A stretch of DNA of 63,097 nucleotides, filler included, from Saprolegnia diclina VS20 (Eukaryota), in NCBI RefSeq assembly GCF_000281045.1. It is 4 parts of 3 records of this genome, joined end to end, with 100 filler letters (N's around TTAATTAATTAA, not from the genome) between each part and the next. Parts side by side here need not be neighbours in the genome. Positions count along the whole stretch, not along the records: positions 49,213 to 63,097 come from NW_008246086.1; 3 more parts are not named here. One strand, 5' to 3'. This document shows positions 49,213-60,812 of this stretch, piece by piece. Under the pieces are notes generated by a model. The model had not been told where the DNA came from, made no database searches, and saw only the letters and a list, made by a program, of their open reading frames with translations. The position numbers were made by a program, and so were the translations under genes. Numbering within the stretch: position 1 is the stretch's first letter; each line of letters opens with the position of its first letter.

Positions 49213-49920
49213 GGGTCGTGCTGGACGTTCTCGGCGACCGGCGCCGCGGAAATGGGCAACTGCATTGCCGGTGGCCAGCTCTACAACCTCGCTGAGCAGC
49301 AGCTCGTCGACTGCGACCACGTCGACAACCAGCAGGGTTGTGATGGCGGCTTTGAAGACCGGGCGCTTGATTGGATCGTTGCCCAGGGCGGTCTCTGCCT
49401 CGAGTCTGCCTACCCGTACACGTCGGGCGCCACCAAGAAGGCCGGTACGTGCAAGACGTCGTGCACCAAGCAGCCGCTGCCGTACATCGGCAACTCGGTG
49501 AGCATCCAGGGCGAGTCGGCGCTGACGACGGCCTTGGTGACGCAACCCGTCACGGTCGCTGTCTACGCGGGCAACGACGCGTGGCAGTACTACCAGGGCG
49601 GTGTCGTCTCGTCGTGCCCGTCGGGCCAGTCGGACCACGCCGTCATCGCCGTTGGCTACGGCAGCAACTACTACAAGATCCGCAACTCGTGGGGCGCGTC
49701 GTGGGGCGAGGCTGGCTACATTCGTCTCCAGCGCAACGTCGGTGGCGACGGCACGTGCAACGTGGCGGGTCAGCCGGCGTACCCCAAGCTCAAGGCGGGT
49801 CCGGCCCCGACGTCTGCGCCGACGAAGGCGCCGACGAAGGCTCCCACCAAGGCACCGACGCCCGCTCCTACGGACGCGCCATCGGGTTCGGACTCGGGCT
49901 CCGGCTCGTGGTGGTGGTAA
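49213..49920 (+). CDS. Papain-family C1A cysteine protease, 5'-truncated
   Basis: GSCWTFS (catalytic Cys), EQQLVDCD, GCDGG, DHAVIAVGYG, IRNSWG; C-terminal PTKA repeats. Confidence 0.95.
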   Translation, partial: GSCWTFSATGAAEMGNCIAGGQLYNLAEQQLVDCDHVDNQQGCDGGFEDRALDWIVAQGGLCLESAYPYTSGATKKAGTCKTSCTKQPLPYIGNSVSIQGESALTTALVTQPVTVAVYAGNDAWQYYQGGVVSSCPSGQSDHAVIAVGYGSNYYKIRNSWGASWGEAGYIRLQRNVGGDGTCNVAGQPAYPKLKAGPAPTSAPTKAPTKAPTKAPTPAPTDAPSGSDSGSGSWWW

Positions 49921-50471
49921 ATCTCTCGTTGCGCAAACCCACCTCGCGGACCCCAATGCCAATGCGACCTCGTCGTATAGCGACCTTTAATGTTCCAGTA
50001 ACGTTATGCTGTTTCAAACGTTGCATCGTTGGAAGGCATGTCATTGACTATTGAGTTGATGCGTCTCTTCGACAGTTTACACTGACCTTGCACCAAGGGT
50101 CCCTTGCTTGACCAGAGCTTTGTGTATCTTAATCCGGATCCGGATAGACATCGACACCAAGCTCGACACACCTGCGATGGTGGCGCAACAAGGAGCGCTC
50201 CAGGCGACCCATCGCACCCCTTAAATGGACAAGTCGTGCATGCAACCGATCTCTATGTGCTTGGGCGCGAGATGGTCCTCTCCCGCCAATCGCACCATTC
50301 AGAAGCGCTCCGGCTGGCACTCTAAAAGCACCGGATTGTGACCTATCTGGTGCTTGTAGCCAGCTGGAGCTGGTATATGAGCACGCCGTCTCGTACCGGG
50401 ACGACACCCAACGTCTCCCCAGTGACGGCTACCCATGCTCCTCACTTTTCATTGCCTCCTCCATCAGCAAC

Positions 50472-50750
50472 ATGGCTCACCGCGCTAAAGCCACGACGTT
50501 CGCCCAGGCCTGGCTCCGTGACACGGCTGCGTGGCCCGTCATCGGCGTCATCGTCGGCGCGTGCGCGCTTGCTGGCGGTGCATCGGTGCGCTACTTGACG
50601 AGCTGCCCGCACGTGCACTGGAGCAAGGAGAACCGCGGCAGCCCGATCCGCGACAACGTCAACGAGTCGAGCTGGAACTCGCACCGCAACCCGATCCGGC
50701 TCATGAGCGACAACCGCATCAACACGTTCCAGGAAAAGTCGCGCCAATAG
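50472..50750 (+). CDS. NDUFA4: NDUFA4/B12D-family small mitochondrial membrane protein
   Basis: 92 aa; WLRDTAAWPVI-TM-RYLTSCPHVHWSKENR pattern. Confidence 0.75.
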   Translation: MAHRAKATTFAQAWLRDTAAWPVIGVIVGACALAGGASVRYLTSCPHVHWSKENRGSPIRDNVNESSWNSHRNPIRLMSDNRINTFQEKSRQ

Positions 50751-51046
50751 ATGTCTAGATAGTACCTAAGACGTCGAAACAATAAAGACGTCGATTACAT
50801 TTCTCATTGCATAGTTTTCATCATTAACAAGGACACTGGAGGATAAACTATGGCGATGACATATTTGTGTCTAACTGGGTCGTCTATCACGTTGCACAAG
50901 TCTGTCGCTACGCATGTAGTGGCGACTGGTTCTTGTCCCGAAGCAATCCATCCAAGCGATCCATCCAGAAGAAATCGCGTTGTGACACTTTCGGGATATT
51001 GTCGTATTTTTTCGAGTTTTGAGATCTTGAACCGGCGCGCTGCATC

Positions 51047-52464
51047 ATGGCTGCGCTCGCGGTCGGAGCGCGGGTCGTTCGCATCCTCGACGACTTGCGT
51101 TTCCCATGCAAGGTCCTCGATATCAGCTACGCCAATGACGCGACGCCACTTCTATGGACCATCCAGTACGTAGACGACGGCAACATCGAGACCATCACCG
51201 ACATGGACGAGCTCGAGTTTGACGTGGCGCCAGTGGCCTCCGACAACCGTTCGCTTGTTGAGGTCGTGTATTCAGGATCTCATATGCGGAATCGTGCTAT
51301 TTTTTGTCACAAAGAGCTAGAATAATGTTTCCATTGTGTCTCCGCGAAAGCAGGAAACGGTCGAAACCAAGCGCGATGCCATCCGCGATTGGTATCGTGG
51401 CGCTGGCCCACGCGGCGACGTACTACGGCGAGCTGGACGCAGGTAATAGTCTTACCAATGCGGCAGCACAGGACTTGGGGTATGATAGATGGCCGTCCGC
51501 ACGGCACCGGCTGCGTGTACTTTTCGGCTGGCGGCTACTACGCCGGGAGTTTTGTCGGTGGGCGTAAACACGGCCCCGGCGTCTGTGGCTTTCCCGATGG
51601 CTCGCGTTACGAAGGCGACTTTGTCGACGACGAGCGCGACGGCTACGGTGTGCACTCGGTGCCGATTGGTGATCGCTACCGGGGGCAGTGGCGGGCGTCG
51701 GCGCAGGACGGCGTCGGCGAAGTCCTCGAGCGGTCGGGGCGGTTGCGCCGCGGTATCTTCCAGAGCAATGCCTTCGAGGCGCCGCTCGAGCACTCGGATG
51801 ACGCTGTCGGACACTTGGCAAAGGCGACGGAAGCGCAGCAGAACGCGTTCATTGCCGAGCGCAGTGCCCGCGCCTCCGAGGAGACTGCTCAATTTCAAGC
51901 CTCCATGACCATCGGTGCCACCTCGACCTGCGCTATGACTACACGTATCTCACAACACATGTAGATGGCTGGTACATCGAAACGGACGCCGACTTGGATG
52001 CATACGAAGCCGAGACCAGTGCACGACAGGAGGTGGCGAGCGCAGAGTGGTTGCGCGATTTTCGGTCACTCGAGGCCGAGACGCAGGAAGGCAAGACCGA
52101 AGAGGCGACGCTGGGGGAGACGCAAAAGCAGCTCTACTTGACGATCCAAGCCCGCCGCAAGGAGCTCGCGCGCCTGAGCATGTTTTGGGACGTTGTCCAA
52201 GACAAAGAAAGACACTTGGGTGAGGCAAAGCGCGTCTTGGACGCGGTGGAACGCGAGATAGCGGCCGAAATCGCGTGGGCCAACGCCAACAAGGTCCCAC
52301 CTTCGACTCGCATCCCCTCGGCACGGCAACCGACGAGCCGTGTACCGAGTAGTCATGCACCCAACCTCGAACCAAATGTAGTGGTGACGGCAACGCACTC
52401 GCCTCAACGTTCGCTGGGCAGTCTGCCACAAGTAGGGAGCCCCGGATCAACGATGGATGCATAG
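51047..52464 (+). CDS. MORN-repeat protein with C-terminal coiled coil and possible N-terminal Tudor-like domain, spliced
   Basis: YYGELDA|DGRPHGTG, YAGSFVGGRKHGPG, YEGDFVDDERDGYG, YRGQWRASAQDGVG; linkage of the first exon is uncertain. Confidence 0.7.
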
Positions 52465-52526
52465 AATAACTTGAATCGACAATTTTCCATATTCGGCGGT
52501 TGAAAAGTCGAAGGTTCGAGCCACCG

Positions 52527-54313
52527 ATGTCGGCGCCGGTCATAACCATTGCTGCGTTGTGGACCGTGGGCGTCATGACCAAGTCGCACCGGTCACCGCT
52601 TCGGGCGGGTGCCCGAAGCATTTACGCCGGGCTCTTGGACATCCTCTTTGTCGCGGCGCATGTCCTCGTTGGCTACGGCACGTACGCGGGTTACGACTGG
52701 ATCACCACCGAGCTCTACCCTCTCGGGGCGACGCTGCTTACTACCCCTGTGCTGCCGCCACCGTCACTGTGCCGCACACTCTTCTCGACCCCATCGCTCG
52801 CTGACGTTCATGTTCTGGATGCCCCCCGTGACGGCATCTTTGTCATGCGCAACGGCGCCAACGTCGGTCGCGCAATGACGTGGGTTAGCGTCGGCGCCCC
52901 CGGGGACGACTGCGTCGCGCCCTTTGCCCGCGCCGCCGCCCACGTCCTCGGCGTCTCCGGACCTGATGTCTTTGCACCGATCACGCTCCACGACGACGCG
53001 GGCCACGAAATTGCACCCCACTTTGCCAGCATCGTGGCGACCAAGCGTGTGCATCTGCTGCTGCACGGTGAGGTGTGGGTCTGGCCTGGTATCGCGGTTG
53101 GACACGAGTGGACTGCCGATGGCTACGCCATGCGCACACTCTCGCTCTCGCCCAAGGTACCTCTTTCAAAACATACATGTCGAGCAGACAATGTGTCTGC
53201 AATACTAGGTCATCCTCGTGCGCGATTTTCTCGAGGATTCGGAATGCAGTGCGCTTGTCAAGGGTGGACAAGACCTTCTCGGGCCGTCCCACACGGTCGA
53301 CAAGGCCGCCAACCACCGCCTCGCACTGCGTACGAGCTCGACTGCATTCATTGGGTACATTGCATCGTGACGAACGCGGTGTCATCCTCTTGGGAATAGC
53401 CACGTCGCCGCGGCAAAGACCATCAAGGCGCGCGCGACAAAGCTCGCACGGTTGCCGAGCGTGAGCTATACCGAGGACCTCCAGCTTGTGCGGTACGGGC
53501 CAGGGCAGTGGTACAAGAAGCACACGGATTACTTTCAACACCTCGACGTCTCATTGCATGCACGCGCGGGGACGTCGCTGGCACACTGGGTGCGCTGGGT
53601 CCAGGCGCAGATCGGTCGCACGTCTTCGCTGACGACAACGCACCCGCTATACCCGCGACTATCGACTGCGTTCGAGCGGTCCTTTGCGCTGCTCTTGCTG
53701 CAAACGAATGCCATTCAAGACGAAGCAGTCGCTTCGTGGCTACGACAACATCTGGAGCACGAGTACGTGTTGTCGTCGCTGCTGGCCGCGTGGAGTCCGA
53801 CAAATCCGCTCCTCTTTGCCCAGTGGCGTCGCGTCTGGGAAGACGCCGTTGGCATTCCCACGCTGCAGTGGCGGTAGCGTCTCCTATCGACAATCACCCA
53901 CGTCTGTGATGCCCAATGTAGCGACCCGCTGCAGCTCAAATACGTCGAGCCGAACCGACACGCGACGCTCTTCCTCTACTTGAACGACGTGGTCCATGGC
54001 GGGGAGACGGTGTTTCCGTATGGAAATGCAACGTCGACGCCTCCGACGACGACGACGTCGGGCATGCCGGAGTGCGCACGCGGCCTGTCTGTCAAGCCGA
54101 CGAAGCGCACTGGCGTCCTCTTCTACAACAAGGCACCAACAGGCGAGAACGACCCGCGCAGCATGCACGGCGGGTGCCCGCCTCACGACGGCGCGACCAA
54201 GTGGGGAAGGTACACCATACAATGTGCGACTTTATCTCACGTTACCTCGTAGCAACGTCTTTATGTGGAACGTCGACGCTGCTTATGGCAACCAAAAATG
54301 GCGCTTTTGGTAA
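52527..54313 (+). CDS. Prolyl 4-hydroxylase alpha-like 2OG-Fe(II) dioxygenase, spliced
   Basis: RTSSTAF, EDLQLVRYGPGQWYKKHTDYF, NRHATLFLYLNDVVHGGETVFP, SMHGGCP, TKW; N-terminal hydrophobic anchor. Confidence 0.85.
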
Positions 54314-54740
54314 ACTGCACAATGTTGCACTTGATCAAATACAAATATCAACTTATCAAGAGACACTTCGAGTGAATGATTTTGCAGGCAAACTGCAGCA
54401 ATGGCGTGTCATCGCATCGAAGACAGGCTCTATTCCAACGAAAAAAGGTGGAACTTGGCAGGACAAGGACATCGACATGGACGCCCGACTCGGTCTCGGT
54501 TTGGTGGACCTCCTCCCGCGCACTACGTGCAGGTTCAAGCGCTGTAGGTGGTGTCGGTGTCTTCAGTTGCCGTTGGTGTTGACTTTGAAAACCAAGTGGT
54601 GGGTTCGTGGCTTCTGGGCATAACCCATACTAGTAACCCAATGTGAAATTCTTGACAACTTCAGCGTGAGAGCTCAGCACGCGCGGTTCGGTATCCGGAA
54701 TGTCCGGATACGAGACCGCAAATTCCAATCGCAGCCAGGC

Positions 54741-55733
54741 ATGCGGACGCTGACGTGCCCGTGCAAGGCCCGCAAGTGCGACGAGTGTAAGGGCTGCGTC
54801 AAGTGCCAGTGTCACTGCCATGGACCGCCACCGCGCCTGCCGCCCGAGATGCGGCCCCAGAAGGTCAAGAAGCCGCCCAAGGTCCGGACGCCACGCGCCA
54901 ATAACGGCGACGAGCCGACGCCCAAGCGACGCCAGTTGACCATGGACGAGCTCATGCAGCCGCGGCGACGGGCATCGAGCGGCGACAAGAAAGCTGCCGA
55001 AGAGACCCAGGACACGCCTGAGGATGCTGCGGACGATATCGAGGACGTGCAGCCGCGCCGATCGTCCCGGTCGCAGGGCGTCGCGGACCAAGGAGACGAG
55101 CCAGACACACTCGCCGTCGCAACTGACGAGACTCTGACCGCGGATGCTGCGGATGCAAGTGTGGTCGACAATGGCGAGAGCACTGCCGCCGAGCCGGTGC
55201 CTGAAGAGCCAGTGGTCATGCCCGAACCATTGAGCCTCGAAGACCAGCTGCAAGCACTCATGGATCGCAGAGAAACCGAGGCGAGTGAGCTCGCGGCGCT
55301 CGAGCGGCAGATCTTTGAGCTCGAAGGCGCGTATCTTCGGCGCAACCAGCACGCCGGCAACATTGCCAAGGGCTGGGCGCCGGCGAAACTCTTCATTGCA
55401 GAAGTCGTGAAGGACCAGCTCATGGAGCTCGAGCTCTCGGGCGAGAACCCGCCCGACATGACGCAAGCCGAAGAAGATGCCGTGAGTCAGCAGCGTATCT
55501 TTTCGTTCTCGTCCACGTCGTCGCCCGCCGAGCTTTTGGCGCAGCAGTGGGTCGAGCACAAGTCGTCGGACGAGTTGTTGGCCTTGCGCCTCGCCTCGGC
55601 ACCGCCCAGCCGCGCGCTACGGAAGCGAGACCTCGCAGTGGACACGAATGAGACCGAACGGTCGCCGCGCTCTCTCGACGAAGGCACCTCGTCGTCGGCC
55701 AAACCCCGGTCCAAGTCGAAGCGAAAGAAATAG
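54741..55733 (+). CDS. EAF6: Eaf6/MEAF6 (NuA4 HAT subunit) domain protein with Cys-rich N-terminus
   Basis: LAALERQIFELEGAYL...GNIAKGW...RIFSFSS matches the Eaf6 signature. Confidence 0.75.
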   Translation: MRTLTCPCKARKCDECKGCVKCQCHCHGPPPRLPPEMRPQKVKKPPKVRTPRANNGDEPTPKRRQLTMDELMQPRRRASSGDKKAAEETQDTPEDAADDIEDVQPRRSSRSQGVADQGDEPDTLAVATDETLTADAADASVVDNGESTAAEPVPEEPVVMPEPLSLEDQLQALMDRRETEASELAALERQIFELEGAYLRRNQHAGNIAKGWAPAKLFIAEVVKDQLMELELSGENPPDMTQAEEDAVSQQRIFSFSSTSSPAELLAQQWVEHKSSDELLALRLASAPPSRALRKRDLAVDTNETERSPRSLDEGTSSSAKPRSKSKRKK

Positions 55734-56086
55734 CTGTATTATCAAATCAATCCAAACCTATCCAGTGTCAACTATCCAACAGGTCGGATTCTCGCAAGCA
55801 GCGTCCCACCTCCACCGTTTTGAGCGGCACCAGTTCTGGTGCATCGAGGAGCGGGCTGTCCACAACAATTACGATCACAATAGGCTGCCATTTCCCATCT
55901 TTACAAGCAGAGACTTATACAGGACTTATACAGGTCTTACCATCGCTTGGCGAATCAGCGGTCGGTTCACATCTAGGTAGGCCTCGGGCTATCGACATCC
56001 AAAATGGCACGAGCAAAGAAGGAGGTATATATATATTTAAAGGTATATCGTTATTACGTCGGATAGTTTAGCAAAAGGAGCTGTGA

Positions 56087-57557
56087 TTAGCACGAGTAAA
56101 ACATAACACCTTCAAGGATCGCAATGATCGTCGTCAGCAGCTTGAGCGTGCCAAAGGTCGATAGGCCAAAGAACGAGTTAAAGTACGCAATCCACGAAAA
56201 GATCGACCACACCGTCGACGGAATGAACGCCCAGATCGACGCGACAAGCCAAATGTGCAAGAGCAAGTCGGGCAAGTCCGAGTGGCTCGAGAGGTCTGCT
56301 GGCACGGGCGCGGCGCCGGCTTCGAGGTAGATACGGCGCAGCGCGAGGCGGTTGGCGTTGCGCGACTTGGCTGGGTCGACATGGTACTGGGGCAAATACC
56401 GGACGAGGCACTTGCCGGGCAGCGTAAAGATACGGGCCGGCGGCCAGAGCTCGTACGCGCCAATGACAATCGCCGGCGTGATCGGCGCGCCGGCGTCCGA
56501 CTGGAGGTAGAACGGACCCTTCTTGAAGTCTTGGAGAAGACCCGACTTGGAGCGCGTGCCTTCGGGCGAGATGGCGACCGACCGGCCATAGTCGACGACG
56601 GCGCGCGCGAGATGCTTCAAGCTCGTCTTGGCGCGCTCACTAGAACGCAGTGAGTACCGCAGAAAGACAAAGAGATACTATGGAATACATGTTGGAGCGG
56701 TCGATGGGAATGTTGCCAAAGCCCCAGCGGAAGACCCAGCCGACGATCGGGATCAAAAAGAGGCTCTTCTTCCCGATAAACTATACCACAAAGCTCATGA
56801 GATGCACAATACGAAACAATGGATGATCGCACCTTGAGCACGACCGGCGACGAGCCCTGGATCATAAGACCGTCCAAGTTGGAGCCGTGCCTAATCGCAT
56901 CCAACATGAGCACCCAAGACGATCATGCAAGAGAAGACCGTACGAGAACATCATGACCGTGGACCCGCCGTTAAGCGCGCGCACGTTGTCCGTGCCTTCC
57001 GTGACGATGTGGATGCCGCCGACGGCGCAGAGCGCCCAGCCAAACCACCACTGGATGAAGTCCACGGGCAGGTAGTTGTTCTTGACGCCCAGCTTGCGCA
57101 GCGTAATGTGGGTCCAGCGGAGCGGGATCAAAAAGAAGAAGATCGCAAAGCCGCCAAAGAAGAGCATCGCAAACGACGCCAGGCGCACGCCCATGTACAC
57201 CTTCTCAAACGTGCTCTTGTCCTCGGGCTGGATCTCGAGCGTCAACTGCTTCCGCAGCGCATGGAAGCGCGCTACGACCGCGAGCATGGCCTCGTCCTTG
57301 CTCTGCACAATGTCGTCGCTCATGGCCTTGATGGGCGAGTCGGCGGCGGCGGTCTCGATCTCATGCAGAAGCGCTTCCTCCACGTCGAGATGGATGTACT
57401 CGGATTCGGCGTGGAGCGCTCGGCGCGTCTGGTTGCGCTGCGCCAGCGTCGTCGAGGCTGCGATGGCCTCCTGGTCGGCGAGGAAGGCGGCGACCTTGGC
57501 TTCGACGGCCGCCAGCCGCGCGTCCACGTTGAGTTCTCGGAGGAGCGTCGCTTCCAT
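56087..57557 (-). CDS. 1-acyl-sn-glycerol-3-phosphate acyltransferase (LPAAT/PlsC family), spliced
   Basis: S|HGSNLD (HxxxxD), PEGTRS, FKKGPF; TM segments at both ends. Confidence 0.9.
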
Positions 57558-58638
57558 CGGAAGAAGAATCTCGGGAAATGACGGAAACGAATTGCCTTGC
57601 CGGCAGCCATATACCTTGGTCTTTGTATGCACCGTGTTTGGACGCGTCAACAGGCGCATCGATTTCATTGGTCAAGTAGCTTCAACTTTTGGCCAATCAC
57701 ACATGGGATGACGACGTTGGCGTCGAGTCAACAGCCGCCTTGGCGCCCGCACCGACGGCCGAGTCTCGGGCGGTGGGCCGGCGAAATGAGGTCTGAGGCC
57801 TCGAAGAGCCTCTTATACACAGCTCGAGCCGTCAACAGCGCCGGTATCGTGGCCGATTGGCGGGCGTTGGATGGTCGACGACCTCATCTTGTCGACTCGA
57901 CAGCCGTGACAAGCACGCGGGTACCGACGGTGTCTCTGCGCCCATGCTGATGCGAACTGGCCGTGCACGAAGCATGCTACGCAGTCGCGTTCACGACGTA
58001 ACTCATGACGTCAGCAGCGCAAGCAATGCGACGATGGCGGCGCCGGCCGCCGAAGCAGCGCTTCAACCGCACTTCAACGTTGTGCTCGGATCACGGTGCC
58101 TTGGATGATAGCAAAAGCCAGTCAGGTACATGGGCCGCTTGACCCTTGTCAGGTACAGGTCATGACGGCGAGCTCGTCAAAGTGTCCTACCGCAACGTGG
58201 AGTAGAGTGCGCCCAGAGCTGCGTTCATTTGCCCATGACACTTCGCTCGGAGGCGTCTGCGAGAAGCGCACTGAGAATCACGCAGCTGATGACGAAAACA
58301 AGAGGAAGCAGGGCTCGTGACAAGTGTCTTTGCTTCGTGCACAAAATGACGTGGCCACACAGTACAGTTTGTGTCTCGCGATCTTGTCTTGGGACCAGTT
58401 GTACTGGCACAAAGACACCAAGGGATTCGACAAGGCACTGATGCGACGCTGCCGACGAGGACGAGCGCCGCCTGTAGACGTCTGCATAAGCAGTACCCAA
58501 ACGGACTACATCACAGCGTCATGTTGAAGACCCTGTTGCTGTCGTCGCAGAGTCCTACACTGCGTTAACGACGTGTCATTGTGTTTTGCCAACATGCACT
58601 GTAATAGATCTTAGTTGGTTCGACTACCGATGACGATG

Positions 58639-60058
58639 CTACATCGAATGCATGTCCACGTCAAAGAACACAACGGCGATGAGCCACGCGGCGACGCTGC
58701 AGAGGCCACCGAGGAAGATGGGTAGCGTATACCCCCACGCTGTGTTGACAGCCACCGACGCGCACGCAAAGTTGAGCAGTTGCCCAAAGCACAAGGCCGA
58801 GTTGAGGGCGCCGGCAAATCGCCCGGCGTCGGCGTCCGGTCCGAGCACGTGCACCACGAGTGGCATCGCAAGCGCCATGATGGTACACTGTGACGCTGAC
58901 GAGCCCGACGATCGCCAAGTCGACGGCTGTCTCTTTGCAAAACGCCAGCAAGAGCAGCAGCACCTGCGGCACGCAGCCATAGGCCACGAGGCGCTTGACG
59001 CCAAACCGGCGCACGAGACTAGGCAAGAAGAGCAAGTAGGCGAGTCCTACGATGTAGAGGGCGTCGGCGCTGCCAGCCAGCTGCACACCGCGGTTGTAGG
59101 CATCTTGCGCAAGAGAGCAGGTGCTGTCGCACGTATCGGCGCCGGCCGCGTTGCCGCCATTGACGACAAGCCCAAAAAACTGGCCTTTCGACGAGTTGTA
59201 GGCCGTGTAGCCGTACTGTGTCAAGAACGCAATCGCAAAGTAGATGCGTAGCGGCGGCGGGAGGTCGCGCACGCCCGTGTAGACAGCTCCCAGCACAGCG
59301 GTGAGCACCGACGGCGTTGACACCGACGTCGATGACGTTGGCAGCCGCTGCTCGTGCACGCAGAGGCACACACACGCAGACGAGACAAACATGATGCCGA
59401 TGAGGACGCCCAAGAAGGACTGGAGGCTGTTGTACGCAGCACCAAAGAGATACGTGTACGCTGCCACGATCAAGTAGCCGACGGCGGTGATAAGGCCACC
59501 GACGACCTGCGCCGTAACTTGTCGGTCGCCGGCAAAGTCGGCCAAGATTAAATTGAGCGGCACCTGGGCGACGTTGAGCGTGATGTCGATCCAGACATAG
59601 CAGAGCACTGCGAGAAAACTGGTCCACGGACGGTCGATGTCTGTGTCGCCGAGCGCTCGCCCGATCGGCATGATGTACATGAGCAGTACCCAGCAGAGGA
59701 TGCTTGCGCCGGCACCAAGGGCGAGGAATGGACGCCGCCGCCCAAAGCGGCTCGTGCAGGTATCGCTCCAGACACCGACAGTCGGGCCCAAGAGCACGCC
59801 CGAGATTGGCCCGGCCATTTGCACGAGCTGTACCGATGTTGAGCTCAAGAGAATCTGGAGCAACGGGCCGTAAACGGCGGTTTGGGCCGACCACGCCATC
59901 GCGATGGCCATGCGCGGCAGCGACAGCAGCGTCATAAAGCGAAGGGAACACCCCGCTTGGTTCAACTCTGAGGTTTCGTCGTACGTCGAGGCATGCGGGG
60001 ACGTGGGTTCGAAGCGCGTACCAGCAGCGTCGGCATCGACGCTCTTGGGCGTAGCCAT
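58639..60058 (-). CDS. GPH-family sucrose/sugar transporter (SUC/SLC45-like) with a frameshift near 58890
   Basis: GVWSDTCTSRFGRRRPF, ILADFAGDRQ; final helices (QCTIMAL...GRFAGALNSALCFGQ) lie in a different frame. Confidence 0.85.
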
Positions 60059-60376
60059 CGCCAGCTCTAAGAAGACGAGAAAGTGGGACCTACATCACCT
60101 TGGTCGCAGATTCGCGTCCATGCAAGCATCAAGTCAATGCCAGGCGGTGGTTTTCTGAACCGGCAGACGTTCCAGTGCAAGTCGTTGTTGGTTTCGCGTT
60201 CTGGTAGCAACTAAGGTTGCAGCACACTGGACTCCATCTTCTACTAACTATCTCCCAGGGATCAAATGTACCAGACGCGGTTTCCACAAGGCAAATTACA
60301 AAGCATATCTTTGAATTTGAGACAAATTCTCGGGTACAATTGTACAATTGTATAACTTGCACGTTGCAACCAACAT

Positions 60377-60459
60377 GACTAGCCGACTAAACAACAAACC
60401 GTGTAAACGACTAAATGACTAAACAATCAAGAGACTAACTAAAGTCTGAACGACTAAAC
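60377..60459. repeat. Cluster of GACTAA(A) motifs
   Basis: GACTAA at 60385, 60409, 60417, 60433 and 60452, plus GACTAG at 60377. Confidence 0.7.
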
Positions 60460-60812
60460 ATCACGGAGTGATCGATTTGATGCCAACGAAGCTTCGACAT
60501 AAGTACTAGTAGCTCACGTCAGTGTGCACTTGGTGGTGATGACCACGCGTCTTACAACCATGCTTGGACTACAACGCTCCCTTACAGCATTAACCAGTAC
60601 ACGGAGGAAGCATCGACTAACATAAACGACTAGAGGTTCCATCGTTGTTCTCGGAAAGAACACGTCGTAGAATAGAGAAAATGAATTCAAGCTTGAATAA
60701 TGTATGAAGATGCAATAAAAACGATCGGTTTCACGGCGGCCCCTCGCTGCTCTTGCTGTTTGTATGGATTTGACATTCACTCTTCAAATCCAAAAAAGCA
60801 GCGAAGACGACG

